Shown piece by piece: positions 39,915 through 50,325 of a stretch of 64,000 bases of DNA. How positions within the stretch are numbered: position 1 is the first letter of the stretch; each line of letters opens with the position of its first letter. This DNA is from Bacteroidia bacterium. Its GTDB lineage: Bacteria > Bacteroidota > Bacteroidia > NS11-12g > UBA955. The DNA is taken from assembly GCA_038317095.1 (NCBI GenBank), contig JBBQBB010000002.1:17805-81804 (forward strand), given 5' to 3'. The notes beneath the pieces are model-generated. The model was not told where the DNA came from. It did no database searches and was given only the letters and a program-made list of their open reading frames with translations. Made by a program: the position numbers and the translations under genes.

Positions 39915-41276
39915 TTGCGTACTTTAATTTATATTTTACTCGTTTTTACTGCATTGGATTTAAAATCTCAGGATTCGGTATTTCATATTCAAGCATTTAA
40001 ATTAGTTGGCAATGTAAAGACAAAAGAAACCGTAATTTTAAGAGAACTCGGAAAAAATATAGGGGATACCGTTCAAAATTTAATTCCAACGGCCATTGTT
40101 TGGCAAAAACGAATTTCTGGTCTTGTATTATTTAACTATACACATGTAGAGTTGAAAAGGGATACAGTTTTTATAGAAGTCGTGGAAAGGATTTATATTT
40201 GGGGTTTACCAAAATTAAGCTGGGCTGACCGTAACTTTAGCGTTTGGTGGCAAACCAAAGACCTCAGGCGTTTGGTTTACGGTGGTACTTTGTTTTTCAA
40301 TAATATTAAGGGAGAAAACCAAGATCTGGTTGTTACATTATTAAATGGTTATAACAGGTTTGCCGAGTTAACGTATCTTTACCCTTTTGCGTTTCACAAC
40401 CATGGATACGCTTTTACAGGAAAAGCAGGTTATTGGACAAACCATGAATTGTGGAGCAAAACAATAAACAATAAACTTCAATTTACTAAAACTTTAGATA
40501 GAATTGCACAACAAAATGCATATTTAAGGTTGATTTTAAAAAAACGTTTAAATTATTTCAACAGAATGGAATACACTACTTCAACCTCTTGGATATCTAT
40601 TAATCCAAACGCAATGCTGCAAAACAATTCGTATTTGGCATTTGGTAACAAACAATACCAAACAGATTTGCAATTTGAATTTATTAGGGATACTCGAAAC
40701 CAACGCGATTATCCTACACAAGGAATGTTGCTTAGAGCAGGTATTAAAAACACATTAATAGGTTGGGGTAAATTAGCACAATTTAATTTCACCCCTTTTA
40801 TCAGAGCTTCTCGGTTTTTTGCATTGAACAAGAACAATTCATTGGCAACCGGGATTTATTCAAGGTATACATTCGCTAGTAATTTACCCTATATGTTGTC
40901 CAGGCAATTGGGGTATCAAACAGATTATGTGCGTGGTTATGAACCTTATGTAGCTGATGGACGAGGCTTTGTTTTGGGTAAACTTGCATTCAGACATGCT
41001 TTGGTGAACAATAAACTTTTGAATTTCGGCAACAAGAAACCTCTAAAAAATTACAAAAAAGTACCTTTTAGCCTTTGGTTTAATATCTTTGCAGATGCAG
41101 GTAAGGTTATTACGCCTACTACTGAAGCCTCCAATTCTTTAAACCAGATATGGCAATACGGAACTGGAACCGGATTAGATGTAATAGCATGGTATAGCGC
41201 CATGGTGCGAATTGAATACACTTTCAACGCTATGGGAAATGGAACTTTTAATATCGCGTTTTTAAATGCATTCTAA
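39915..41276 (+). CDS. Omp85/BamA-TamA-like outer-membrane protein with one POTRA-like domain
   Basis: TTG start 3 nt after the folA stop. Signal peptide RTLIYILLVFTALDLKS. POTRA-like VFHIQAFKLVGNVKTKETVILRELG. Long beta-rich C-terminal barrel ending in an aromatic residue. Confidence 0.45.
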   Translation: MRTLIYILLVFTALDLKSQDSVFHIQAFKLVGNVKTKETVILRELGKNIGDTVQNLIPTAIVWQKRISGLVLFNYTHVELKRDTVFIEVVERIYIWGLPKLSWADRNFSVWWQTKDLRRLVYGGTLFFNNIKGENQDLVVTLLNGYNRFAELTYLYPFAFHNHGYAFTGKAGYWTNHELWSKTINNKLQFTKTLDRIAQQNAYLRLILKKRLNYFNRMEYTTSTSWISINPNAMLQNNSYLAFGNKQYQTDLQFEFIRDTRNQRDYPTQGMLLRAGIKNTLIGWGKLAQFNFTPFIRASRFFALNKNNSLATGIYSRYTFASNLPYMLSRQLGYQTDYVRGYEPYVADGRGFVLGKLAFRHALVNNKLLNFGNKKPLKNYKKVPFSLWFNIFADAGKVITPTTEASNSLNQIWQYGTGTGLDVIAWYSAMVRIEYTFNAMGNGTFNIAFLNAF

Positions 41277-41279
41277 AAA

Positions 41280-42158
41280 ATGAAAATAGGAATTTATGCC
41301 AAATCGGTTCGCGACAACAAACACGAAATTGGATTTTCGATGCTGTGCAATGCCCTAGCCGAGCAAGGCCACGAAATTTTTTGCACACAGTCGCTGGTCG
41401 ATTATATTCATATCCACCTGTCACCAAATTTTCCCGTAAAAGCTTTTGATTTTGTAGATGCCAAAGATCCCTGGCTAGATGCACTTATTTGTGTAGGTGG
41501 CGATGGTACTTTGCTCGAAACTTTGTCGCTGGTTAGAGACAGCAATGTGCCTGTTTTAGGTTTAAATACGGGTAGACTTGGGTTTTTGGCTGGAATGTCC
41601 GTGGACGGCATTGGGAAAGCGATTGGCGATATTCAAAAAGGCAATTTTACGATTGAAAGCAGAAGCCTTTTGCATTTGGAAACTTCTGTACCCGTTTTCG
41701 ATTACAATTTTGGTCTGAATGATTTTGTAATTCATAAAAAGGAAACTTCTAGTATGATTGTGGTGCATACTTACCTCAACGGCGAATTTTTAAATTCCTA
41801 TTGGAGTGATGGATTGATTGTTAGCACACCTACAGGATCTACAGGTTATTCATTAAGTTGCGGTGGCCCAATCATTTTTCCAAAGTCAGATACTTTTGCC
41901 ATTACGCCCATTGCACCGCATAATTTAAATGTGAGGCCAGTTGTGGTTTCAGACAATGTGGTCATTTCTTTTGAAATTGAAGGTCGTGCCAGCAGTTACC
42001 TTACCAGTTTGGATGCCCGAAGCAATGCCATTGCTGGGAACGTGCAAATGGCGGTGCGGAAGGCAGATCATGCGCTGCAATTGATTCGCTTGCCAGAAGA
42101 CAATTATATGGACACCCTGCGCAACAAACTCAATTGGGGTTTTGATCGCAGAAATTAA
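41280..42158 (+). CDS. nadK: NAD(+) kinase
   Basis: GGDGTLL motif (CVGGDGTLLETL) with an overall NadK pattern. Confidence 0.85.
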   Translation: MKIGIYAKSVRDNKHEIGFSMLCNALAEQGHEIFCTQSLVDYIHIHLSPNFPVKAFDFVDAKDPWLDALICVGGDGTLLETLSLVRDSNVPVLGLNTGRLGFLAGMSVDGIGKAIGDIQKGNFTIESRSLLHLETSVPVFDYNFGLNDFVIHKKETSSMIVVHTYLNGEFLNSYWSDGLIVSTPTGSTGYSLSCGGPIIFPKSDTFAITPIAPHNLNVRPVVVSDNVVISFEIEGRASSYLTSLDARSNAIAGNVQMAVRKADHALQLIRLPEDNYMDTLRNKLNWGFDRRN

Positions 42159-42168
42159 ATAACCTTTC

Positions 42169-43299
42169 ATGAAAAATTGTTTCACTTTGATTACCCTCCT
42201 TTTATTTTTGATAGTAGGGAAAATTCAAGCGCAGCCCGTTCCAAAAATAGGCACGGATTTTCATTTGGAAATTGCCAATTGGAATATAGAGTGGTTCGGA
42301 AGCACCTCTTACGGACCTTCGGATGAAGTTTTACAGAAAAAGAATGTGTTGTCTGTGCTAAAAAATACAGATTTGGATATTTGGGGATTGTGTGAAGTTT
42401 CTAGCGCTTCTGCTTGGGATTCGCTTAAGGCCAATATGCCTGAATATGGAGGTATAATTTCCACTTGGAGCCAAACACAAAAAACCGCCATTCTCTATAA
42501 AAAAAGCACATGCAAACTTTTAAAATCCGGTAACATTCTCACAACTTATTCCAAGGAATTTGCCAACGGAAGGACACCTCTACAAGCAACAATTGTATAT
42601 GCAAATAATTCCTTTGCAGATACAATTGTATTGATACAAATCCATTTGAAAGCCAATGTAGGTGTGGATACTGCGAAACTCAATTCCTTAAACAACCGAA
42701 AAAGCAGCGCTGCATTGCTTAAAGGGTATTTAGATACGTTTGCAATAAACAAAAAGGTAATTGTATTGGGCGATTGGAACGATGACCTAGATGTAAGCGT
42801 GTATAACAATTTAAAAACGCCATTTGATACTTTGTTGAAAGACGTTTCACGCTATTTTTTTGCAACAGAAGCTTTGACTAAATCGGGGCAGCAAAGCACT
42901 GCATCTTATCCCAATATGATTGACCACCAATGCATGAATTTGGTCATGAAAAAAGGTTTTATGAAAGATTCTTGCCGGTTAATGAAGGCCAATACTTGGA
43001 TCACAAGTTATGCTACCAATACTTCAGATCATTTTCCAGTGTATTCCGTTTTCGATTTTCATAATTTGTATGTACAACAATTGCGAAAAGAACCCAATTT
43101 GTTTTATGACAACGGCGAAAATATTGTTTGCAAAACACCCAGTTCTGGAGCTATGTTCACAGTATTTAATGCAGCAGGAACTCTCATTTGGGAAGGCAAA
43201 AATTTGAATCAATGGGTTGTCTCTCAACCAGGATTGTTTGTGATCCATATGCGCACCTCCACTGAAACATTTGCCCAAAAAATAGAAATTATTCGTTAA
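42169..43299 (+). CDS. secreted endonuclease/exonuclease/phosphatase (EEP) family protein
   Basis: Signal peptide. N-terminal ANWNIEWFG motif and C-terminal TSDHFPV motif of the EEP fold. Confidence 0.55.
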   Translation: MKNCFTLITLLLFLIVGKIQAQPVPKIGTDFHLEIANWNIEWFGSTSYGPSDEVLQKKNVLSVLKNTDLDIWGLCEVSSASAWDSLKANMPEYGGIISTWSQTQKTAILYKKSTCKLLKSGNILTTYSKEFANGRTPLQATIVYANNSFADTIVLIQIHLKANVGVDTAKLNSLNNRKSSAALLKGYLDTFAINKKVIVLGDWNDDLDVSVYNNLKTPFDTLLKDVSRYFFATEALTKSGQQSTASYPNMIDHQCMNLVMKKGFMKDSCRLMKANTWITSYATNTSDHFPVYSVFDFHNLYVQQLRKEPNLFYDNGENIVCKTPSSGAMFTVFNAAGTLIWEGKNLNQWVVSQPGLFVIHMRTSTETFAQKIEIIR

Positions 43300-43303
43300 A
43301 ATT

Positions 43304-44398
43304 ATGTACCTGAAGCATTGGAAAAAATTAATTTGGATACCCATTTTTTTATTATTAGGATACGGCATTTGGTTTGTGTTAAAATTACGTATTTATGATA
43401 TTAAGGTTTCCGCAAAACCGCTAACCAACGAAATTTGGGAGGCAGGTTGGGTAAGGTTAAAAGGCAATTCTACGGTGCAGTTTCCTACCCAAATTTTGGG
43501 AGAAAAATCAGATAGTATTGGCTGGCCTTTGGGAATTAATATAATCTCTAAATCTGATGCAGATACTGGCAATTTTACTTTGTCTTGGCCTCAAAACACG
43601 CTGCCTTTGCAAGTTGTTAAAATCTGGAAGGATGGATTTGCCTACGCCAAAGTATTAAGATACCAAATTGCGAATACTTATGATACTGTATTTGCCTGGG
43701 ATGAAAATTACAATTTGTTTTTGCGCATGGACAATCCAAATGACAAAACAAGACAAAGCGAAATCTACAAGGAAAATTTCGACGAAAACAATATTGTTTT
43801 AACCTTAGAGAAACCCAATCCAATAAAAATAGTAGCCTTATGGGAAAATTATTTAATCAAAGGGGAAACAGATGGCAAAGTGGTAAAAATTACGGTGCCA
43901 CGTGCGGCAACAAAAATTGGAAAAAGCCTTATCAGGGTATGGGTTTGCGACAGCACTTCGGCAAGTAGAACCTGCGAAATACCCTTGAATTATGGAATTA
44001 TTCAAACCAAGATGAAACCCATACCAAAGAAACATTGGAGCAGGGAAAGTGGCAATTTAAGTTTGTTTTATTCGGTGGTAAATTTGAATTCTGGAATTGG
44101 TGCTATGCAAGATTTTATAGCTAAAATGGAAACCCTTTTGCAAGACGAAAATTACGTACCTGTAATTGTACACGGAGATATGCGCGGCATGCATGTGCAG
44201 GAAAATGTAAATGCCATTGTTTGCAGTTATTTTGGTAAAAAAATAGTATGTGTTTTCAATGCCAATGCAGATTACAAAAACATTGTTTTGCCCATTAAAG
44301 GCGATTTGAAACACAGCAGCAATGGAAATGTTTTCAAACAAAAGGGCAACAATCTTTTGTTTGCGTTAAAAGGAAAAAGTTGGGAGATATTGTATTGA
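43304..44398 (+). CDS. hypothetical membrane-anchored protein
   Basis: 364 aa with N-terminal TM WIPIFLLLGYGIWFVL. No recognisable domain. Confidence 0.4.
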   Translation: MYLKHWKKLIWIPIFLLLGYGIWFVLKLRIYDIKVSAKPLTNEIWEAGWVRLKGNSTVQFPTQILGEKSDSIGWPLGINIISKSDADTGNFTLSWPQNTLPLQVVKIWKDGFAYAKVLRYQIANTYDTVFAWDENYNLFLRMDNPNDKTRQSEIYKENFDENNIVLTLEKPNPIKIVALWENYLIKGETDGKVVKITVPRAATKIGKSLIRVWVCDSTSASRTCEIPLNYGIIQTKMKPIPKKHWSRESGNLSLFYSVVNLNSGIGAMQDFIAKMETLLQDENYVPVIVHGDMRGMHVQENVNAIVCSYFGKKIVCVFNANADYKNIVLPIKGDLKHSSNGNVFKQKGNNLLFALKGKSWEILY

Positions 44399-44595
44399 AC
44401 GCATATCTGCGGCACCTGATTTAACGAATGATTGGTCTCAGTTTGCTTTTAAGTTTTAAACAATGCAGGATTCAAGTTAGCAAACAAAAGACCAACCACG
44501 AGAGCCATGCTAGTTTGACTGTTTTTGTGAACCCAAGTATTAATTATCTCCACCGTTTGAATAATGATTGATTCTTGCCTAAATTGCACCCTCAC

Positions 44596-45894
44596 ATGAG
44601 CACAGCATTTCAGGCGTATAGCCGCGACGAACAAATATTTTCCTTGATACAACAGGAGTTGAAAAGACAGGAAGAAGGAATAGAACTGATAGCCTCGGAA
44701 AACTTTGTGAGCAAGCAAGTTATGGAAGCGATGGGTTCTGTACTTACCAATAAATATGCAGAAGGACTGCCCGGCAAGAGGTATTATGGCGGTTGCCAAG
44801 TGGTGGACCAAATAGAACAAATAGCCATAGATAGACTGAAAGAACTTTTTGGTGCTGTATGGGCAAATGTGCAACCCCATAGCGGTGCGCAAGCAAATGC
44901 GGCAGTAATGCTTGGGATTTTGAAACCTGGTGACCAGATTCTGGGGTTCGACCTTAGCCATGGTGGGCATTTAACCCATGGCAGCTCGGTTAACTTTTCT
45001 GGAAAATTGTACAAACCCGCTTTTTATGGAGTAAACAAAGACAGCGGCCTGATAGATTACGAGCAAATGGAGGCCCAAGCAAAATTACTGAACCCAAAAC
45101 TCATCATTTGCGGAGCCAGTGCCTATAGCCGCGATTGGGATTATGCGCGCATTCGCCAAATTGCCGACAGTGTGGGCGCCATGGTTCTTGCAGACATTGC
45201 CCATCCAGCGGGAATGATAGCCACAAAATTGTTAAACAATCCACTTCCACATTGCCATGTTGTTACCAGTACTACCCACAAAACATTGCGTGGACCGCGT
45301 GGTGGCATTATTATGTTGGGTAAAGATTTCGAAAATCCCATGGGAGACAAAACGCTAAAAGGCGAAATAAAAATGATGAGTGCAGTTTTGGACGGTGCGG
45401 TTTTTCCAGGCACGCAAGGCGGGCCGCTGGAACATGTAATAGCAGCCAAAGCGGTGGCTTTTCGTGAAGCATTATCGCCCGAATTTGCGGTTTACCAAAA
45501 ACAGGTAAAAGCCAATGCATCTGCACTCGCCAATGCCATGGTGGCAAACGGATATTCCATTATTTCTGGGGGTACAGACAACCATTTAATGTTGATAGAT
45601 TTAAGAACAAAAAGTGCAGATTTAACCGGTAGACTTGCCGAAGATACCTTGGTAAAATGCGATATAACGGTAAATAAAAATACCGTTCCTTTTGAAACCA
45701 GAAGTCCATTTGTTACATCAGGATTTAGATTGGGAACCGCAGCCATGACCACAAGGGGTATGGTAGAAAAGGACATGGAAACCATCGCGACATTAATAGA
45801 CCATGCCTTAACCAAATACGACAATGAAAGCGAATTGGAGGGTGTAAAACAATCTGTGCGAGGTATGATGCACAAATTTCCTTTGTATTTGTAA
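44596..45894 (+). CDS. glyA: serine hydroxymethyltransferase
   Basis: PLP-lysine motif [14 protein letters not shown] with an overall SHMT pattern. Start trimmed to ATG 44596. Confidence 0.9.
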   Translation: MSTAFQAYSRDEQIFSLIQQELKRQEEGIELIASENFVSKQVMEAMGSVLTNKYAEGLPGKRYYGGCQVVDQIEQIAIDRLKELFGAVWANVQPHSGAQANAAVMLGILKPGDQILGFDLSHGGHLTHGSSVNFSGKLYKPAFYGVNKDSGLIDYEQMEAQAKLLNPKLIICGASAYSRDWDYARIRQIADSVGAMVLADIAHPAGMIATKLLNNPLPHCHVVTSTTHKTLRGPRGGIIMLGKDFENPMGDKTLKGEIKMMSAVLDGAVFPGTQGGPLEHVIAAKAVAFREALSPEFAVYQKQVKANASALANAMVANGYSIISGGTDNHLMLIDLRTKSADLTGRLAEDTLVKCDITVNKNTVPFETRSPFVTSGFRLGTAAMTTRGMVEKDMETIATLIDHALTKYDNESELEGVKQSVRGMMHKFPLYL

Positions 45895-46278
45895 ATGCAA
45901 AAATTGCGCATTAAACAGGGCTTGCAACCTTTGGGCTTTGCCTTGTTTTTATTGTATTTTATCATTCCCAATAAGGCAGTATCTATTCCATTGTTTTGGG
46001 CGGGCATATTGTTTTCAGTAGCGGGTTCAATTGTGGAAATTCAAAATTTTCTAAAGCTTCCTGCAAAGCGAAAAAAGGGAAAATTTATATTGGTTATTCC
46101 AGGAATTATTGTAAAAATATTGTTAATTGTTTCAATTGCCCTTCGGGTTTACGAAGTAAAGTATTCGGTATTTATTTTGTTGGGCGTTATCGTTTTGGCA
46201 ATCGTTTGGAGTGCATTTTCTGTATTTTATAAACCCCATAATGCCAGTGACGAAGGCATACTGGACGCACCAGAATGA
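45895..46278 (+). CDS. hypothetical small integral membrane protein
   Basis: 127 aa, four hydrophobic helices. The ATG directly abuts the glyA stop. Confidence 0.35.
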   Translation: MQKLRIKQGLQPLGFALFLLYFIIPNKAVSIPLFWAGILFSVAGSIVEIQNFLKLPAKRKKGKFILVIPGIIVKILLIVSIALRVYEVKYSVFILLGVIVLAIVWSAFSVFYKPHNASDEGILDAPE

Positions 46279-46337
46279 TGTAATTAACTTTGCGTTCCCT
46301 GCGCTTCTTCGTGATTTTTTTATATTGGAAATAGAAT

Positions 46338-47774
46338 TTAACTTAGCCCAAAAAAACGTTTTATTTCTTTCCAAAAAATACCAGAAAGAAAGGTAACCAC
46401 AATATACGACGCACATGCAAATAACAACCCCAAAATCCCTTCAAAAACGCCTTGTGTAAAATAAAAAACACTTACACTTAAAATCAACCACAAAATTAAA
46501 TTTCCAAATCGCAGCCAAATCCATTGAAATGCATTTAAAGAATAACCGCGCAGAATGCAGCCAATGGCAAAGGCAGATTGGGTAAAAAGGCAACTGTACG
46601 CAGCGCCCCAGGCTCCATATTTGGGTATGAAAACAAAATTCAAACCGATATTTACTGCCATACAAGTTATTGCTAAAAACGAAAGAAATTTAACCCGATG
46701 GGCCGCTGTTAACCATGTTCCAAAAATGTGCACCAAGGCCATGGGAATAAAGCAGCTCATCAATGGAATAAATATTTGGAGGGCCTTTAAAAATTCCGAC
46801 TCGTCGGCATAACTTTTTTTGTACAACAATTGCAATATTTCATGTCCAAAAAACGAGGCCCCCAAAACGGCTGGCAAAGCCACAAAAAGCACAATTCGGG
46901 TATTGAGCCAAACCATAGAATCGGTGTTTTTATTTTCGGAAAGGGTGCGGCTAAAAACAGGCAACAACATGGTGCTGATGAGGGATGAAAATATCAATGC
47001 AGCGTCTAATAATCTAAAACTTTGGGCATACAAACCCGCTTCAGCATCGCTGTTTTTTGCAAGACTGTGAATCATCCAAGCATCAATTCGCGTAAATACA
47101 GACATGGCAAATGCAAGTACGGCAAACCAAGCGGTTTGTTTAATTAGCGTTTGTATTTTTACATCATCCACCAGGGGGAGTTTGCTTTCTTGTTTTCGAT
47201 AAGCAAAAAAAGCAGCCGATGCACAGGCAATGGCATAACCCACGGTTTGGGCAGACAAGAATATTAATATTCCATCCCGGCCTTTAAATAGGGTACTGTA
47301 AATAAAAAAAGCGCAAATAAAAATAGCAACTGTTCGGTCAATTACGCTAACAATAGAGTCTGTTTTAAACATATGTCTGCCTTGCAAAACGGCACGAAAG
47401 AACAAGGTAAAACCGGCTAAAAATTGGTTTGCCACAACAAGGAGAAGTATGAGTGGATCAAAATTTTGCCACATGCCCAGTCCCAAAACCATGGCTATAT
47501 AACCGAGTCCCAGAAAAAATCGCAAGCGCAAAATGGGCTTTGCAACCGCAGGATTTCCAGAACGACCTACTGAAGCAGATACATAATTGTTCAATCCAAA
47601 ATCGAGAAGAATATTAAACAACAATCCGAAATTGAATATAATAAAATAGCGCCCGTACCATTCATCGCCAAGGTTAATTTGGGTTAAACGTTCGATCCAA
47701 AAAATCCAAATGGGTTTAATGAGCCAGTTTAGGGCTTGCAGTAGAAAAAGATTGCCAAGAAATTTTCTTTGCAT
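46338..47774 (-). CDS. polysaccharide biosynthesis protein / oligosaccharide flippase (MOP/Wzx-like)
   Basis: ORF 46338..48056 trimmed to ATG 47774 (MQRKFLGNLFLLQALNWLIKPIWIF). About 12-14 TM helices typical of Wzx-type flippases. Confidence 0.6.
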   Translation of the reverse strand: MQRKFLGNLFLLQALNWLIKPIWIFWIERLTQINLGDEWYGRYFIIFNFGLLFNILLDFGLNNYVSASVGRSGNPAVAKPILRLRFFLGLGYIAMVLGLGMWQNFDPLILLLVVANQFLAGFTLFFRAVLQGRHMFKTDSIVSVIDRTVAIFICAFFIYSTLFKGRDGILIFLSAQTVGYAIACASAAFFAYRKQESKLPLVDDVKIQTLIKQTAWFAVLAFAMSVFTRIDAWMIHSLAKNSDAEAGLYAQSFRLLDAALIFSSLISTMLLPVFSRTLSENKNTDSMVWLNTRIVLFVALPAVLGASFFGHEILQLLYKKSYADESEFLKALQIFIPLMSCFIPMALVHIFGTWLTAAHRVKFLSFLAITCMAVNIGLNFVFIPKYGAWGAAYSCLFTQSAFAIGCILRGYSLNAFQWIWLRFGNLILWLILSVSVFYFTQGVFEGILGLLFACASYIVVTFLSGIFWKEIKRFFGLS

Positions 47775-47861
47775 AAAAAGGCAAAGATGCTTAAAAAATT
47801 TATGAAATAAGCATACAACAAAAACATGTCCTTCCATTTTCCGTTGTAATTTTGTACTCCC

Positions 47862-48428
47862 ATGCATTATATAGAGCCATATTACAACTGGCTGCATATC
47901 TATAACTCTAGTGAAGATAGCCTTTCCCCGTTTTTTGAAAGGGAGCATAGCGAGTTTATCTTCGAGAATGCGGTTTACAATTATCTCATACATCCGCAAT
48001 GGGATACTTTTGGATCGCTTACCCTTTATATAAAAATCATTTATGTCGACTACCAAGATGGATTTGCCATAATCGAAATGATTGGCGAATGGAACGATGC
48101 TTTGTATAACGACATTATGCTTTTAAAAAGAGAAATTATAGAGTTGTTGTTGGCAGAAGGCATCAATAAATTTATTTTGATAGGTGAAAATGTGCTAAAC
48201 TTTCATGCCAGCGACGACAGTTATTACGAAGAATGGTTCCAAGAAGTAGAGGATGGGTGGATTGCTTTGGTAAATTTCAGGGAACATGTTTTGGATGAAT
48301 TTAAAAAAACCCATATCGATTTTTATGTAAATTTTGGAGGCGAATTGGATGACATTGAATGGAGGAAATTGGTTCCGAGTCAACTGCTAAGTCGCATAGA
48401 AAAAACCATTGACCTAAGATTGGGATAA
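47862..48428 (+). CDS. hypothetical cytoplasmic protein (acidic, no recognised domain)
   Basis: 188-aa ORF with a clean ATG. Its stop is immediately followed by direct repeat copy 1. Confidence 0.45.
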   Translation: MHYIEPYYNWLHIYNSSEDSLSPFFEREHSEFIFENAVYNYLIHPQWDTFGSLTLYIKIIYVDYQDGFAIIEMIGEWNDALYNDIMLLKREIIELLLAEGINKFILIGENVLNFHASDDSYYEEWFQEVEDGWIALVNFREHVLDEFKKTHIDFYVNFGGELDDIEWRKLVPSQLLSRIEKTIDLRLG

Positions 48429-48475
48429 TTTATTCTCCCTCTAAAATCCGAATATCGTCTAGGAAATATTGCATA
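48429..48475. repeat. direct repeat copy 1 (~47 nt; 35-36 nt perfect core), a displaced duplicate of the 3' end of the SCO1 gene
   Basis: tttattctccctctaaaatccgaatatcgtctagga is identical to 50279..50314. On the minus strand it would encode ...QYFLDDIRILEGE*, against the intact ...QHILDDIRILEGE* of SCO1. Confidence 0.85.
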
Positions 48476-48557
48476 GCATAGTGTTTAAGCAGTCAAAATG
48501 AATTAAATGTGAATAGCTTTGTTTGGTACTTTACTTTACTTTACTTTATTTCACTGT

Positions 48558-48920
48558 ATGAAAAAGCAAATGCTTTTTGGATTTGTAGCTTTTTTTGCAT
48601 TGTGCAATGCCAAAGCAACAAACCTACAGCCACCCACTGAACTGAATTTTGATCCTGCAATCTCGGAAACTCAAAAGACCCAAGAAATTGAAATTTCAGG
48701 TAACGCGGTAGTGGTTACTTTCGATTGGGGTTGGCGAATTACCTGCAAACCACACTCTACTTGGTGTGTTAAAATTACCGTTATGCCAAATGGAAAGGTG
48801 GACATACTGTGTGATGATGGACACCATTGGGTTTTGGGTGCGGGCAGCCCAGTTCCTCCAGTTGTGCCGTCAGGCGATGACACAACAATTGATATTCAAG
48901 CAAGTCAAGTCGAACCGTAA
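48558..48920 (+). CDS. small secreted protein, first gene of the low-GC cargo
   Basis: Signal peptide MKKQMLFGFVAFFALCNA. The mature ~100 aa has 3 Cys and a Pro-rich C-terminus. Its stop overlaps the next ATG (TAATG). A (TTTAC)4 microsatellite lies just upstream. Confidence 0.45.
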   Translation: MKKQMLFGFVAFFALCNAKATNLQPPTELNFDPAISETQKTQEIEISGNAVVVTFDWGWRITCKPHSTWCVKITVMPNGKVDILCDDGHHWVLGAGSPVPPVVPSGDDTTIDIQASQVEP

Positions 48921-50272
48921 TGAACTTAACAACATGGCTAAAAACAGCAAGATTTATCTTCCTGTTTTTTATTTATCAAACTAGTTTTGCTCGGGGAAAA
49001 GCAGACTTAATCGTTTATTTGGTTTACACCAACACAGATTGCGGCAACTGCAGTTTGTACCTAAAGTCATTGTCAAAGCAACTTGAAAATGAAAATATAT
49101 CCTATTCCTATGTCACAAATAGCAACACCAATGAAGTTGAAAATAGTGAAATAGAATTTTATCGAAAGTCAAAGGCGAAAGTTGAAAGAATTGATGAAAT
49201 TAGGAACAAATATTTATTTTTGGAGAATGGAATATTGGTATTTTATAAAGATACTTTGTTGCTGAATAAAAATGCGAAGAGTTTCCTAAAGGACAATAAT
49301 ATATTTCAATTGCATTGGCTCAACCTTGTTGAATTTAGGGTTGAAAGCAATCCCTTTATTTCTAATAAAGAAATGCATATTGGAACGTCAGAATTCTGTT
49401 CTCCTATAATTCGTGATGATAATTTGTATTTCTACAACATTGAATCTAGCGAGTTAATAGAAAAAAATAGCCAAAAAGAAACAATAAGAACATGGAATAT
49501 AAATAATCACTTTATTCAAAAGCAAACAGTAGAACTTTTCAGTATTAGTGACGATTATATAAGGTCTTTAGATTTGGAGGTGTTTGAAATTTCACGTGTT
49601 TTAAAACTAAATAACGGGTTTGTTGCTTTTGGAACTTTTAAAGATACGGTTCATAAGAACAATTACGGGATAAAGGTGAAAACATCATGTTTCGCATTCA
49701 AATTAGACGATTCTTGTAGAATTCTTGACCATCAGGTTTTTCCTGAAAATTTTAGCGTGTTTACAGAATTTCTTGATAACTACAGTGATTCTAATACTCA
49801 CTTGTATTATGAGTTTATGAATTCTTCTGGGATTATCAACTATGATTTGGAGATGATGGATTATAAAATTGTAAATGAGGAAACATATTCTGATGAGGAA
49901 ATCCATTTCCCCATTAAGTCAGGGAAAGGAATAATGTACAACAGAGGCAGTGGGAAGGTTTATGATATAAATCTGAGAAAAGTTATAGATTTGAAAAAAT
50001 CTGTCGGATTGCAAGATATAGACCCTTTACTTAAGCGAAAAAAGACGAATCTTCTTATCTTTATTTCTAAAATAGATAAATATTTTATTTCTATGATGCC
50101 ATTTGATTCGGAAAATATAGAAATGTGTATCTATAATTCATCAGGTTTTAAAATATATAAATGGAAAGTAGCTTTTAAAAAACCTGCAAATACATTCATA
50201 TTTTACAACAATGTAAAAAACGAAATTTATTTAATTAACTATGTCACTTTAGAAATGTATAGAATAATTTAA
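48920..50272 (+). CDS. secreted 450-aa protein of unknown function, second gene of the low-GC cargo
   Basis: Signal peptide MNLTTWLKTARFIFLFFIYQTSFA. CGNC motif near the N-terminus. Asn/Lys/Ile-rich composition and markedly lower GC than neighbouring genes, by eye. Confidence 0.5.
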   Translation: MNLTTWLKTARFIFLFFIYQTSFARGKADLIVYLVYTNTDCGNCSLYLKSLSKQLENENISYSYVTNSNTNEVENSEIEFYRKSKAKVERIDEIRNKYLFLENGILVFYKDTLLLNKNAKSFLKDNNIFQLHWLNLVEFRVESNPFISNKEMHIGTSEFCSPIIRDDNLYFYNIESSELIEKNSQKETIRTWNINNHFIQKQTVELFSISDDYIRSLDLEVFEISRVLKLNNGFVAFGTFKDTVHKNNYGIKVKTSCFAFKLDDSCRILDHQVFPENFSVFTEFLDNYSDSNTHLYYEFMNSSGIINYDLEMMDYKIVNEETYSDEEIHFPIKSGKGIMYNRGSGKVYDINLRKVIDLKKSVGLQDIDPLLKRKKTNLLIFISKIDKYFISMMPFDSENIEMCIYNSSGFKIYKWKVAFKKPANTFIFYNNVKNEIYLINYVTLEMYRII

Positions 50273-50278
50273 CTTACT

Positions 50279-50325
50279 TTTATTCTCCCTCTAAAATCCG
50301 AATATCGTCTAGGATATGTTGTATA
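50279..50325. repeat. direct repeat copy 2, forming the functional 3' end of the SCO1 gene
   Basis: See copy 1. Confidence 0.85.

Noticed and set aside
44449-44970. 173-aa minus-strand ORF overlapping the glyA 5' region
   Set aside because: Antisense shadow ORF of glyA, and also of 45492..46007.
48528-48555. (TTTAC)4 tandem repeat considered as a CRISPR-like or regulatory array
   Set aside because: A simple pentanucleotide microsatellite in the leader of the small secreted protein gene. No spacer-repeat structure.
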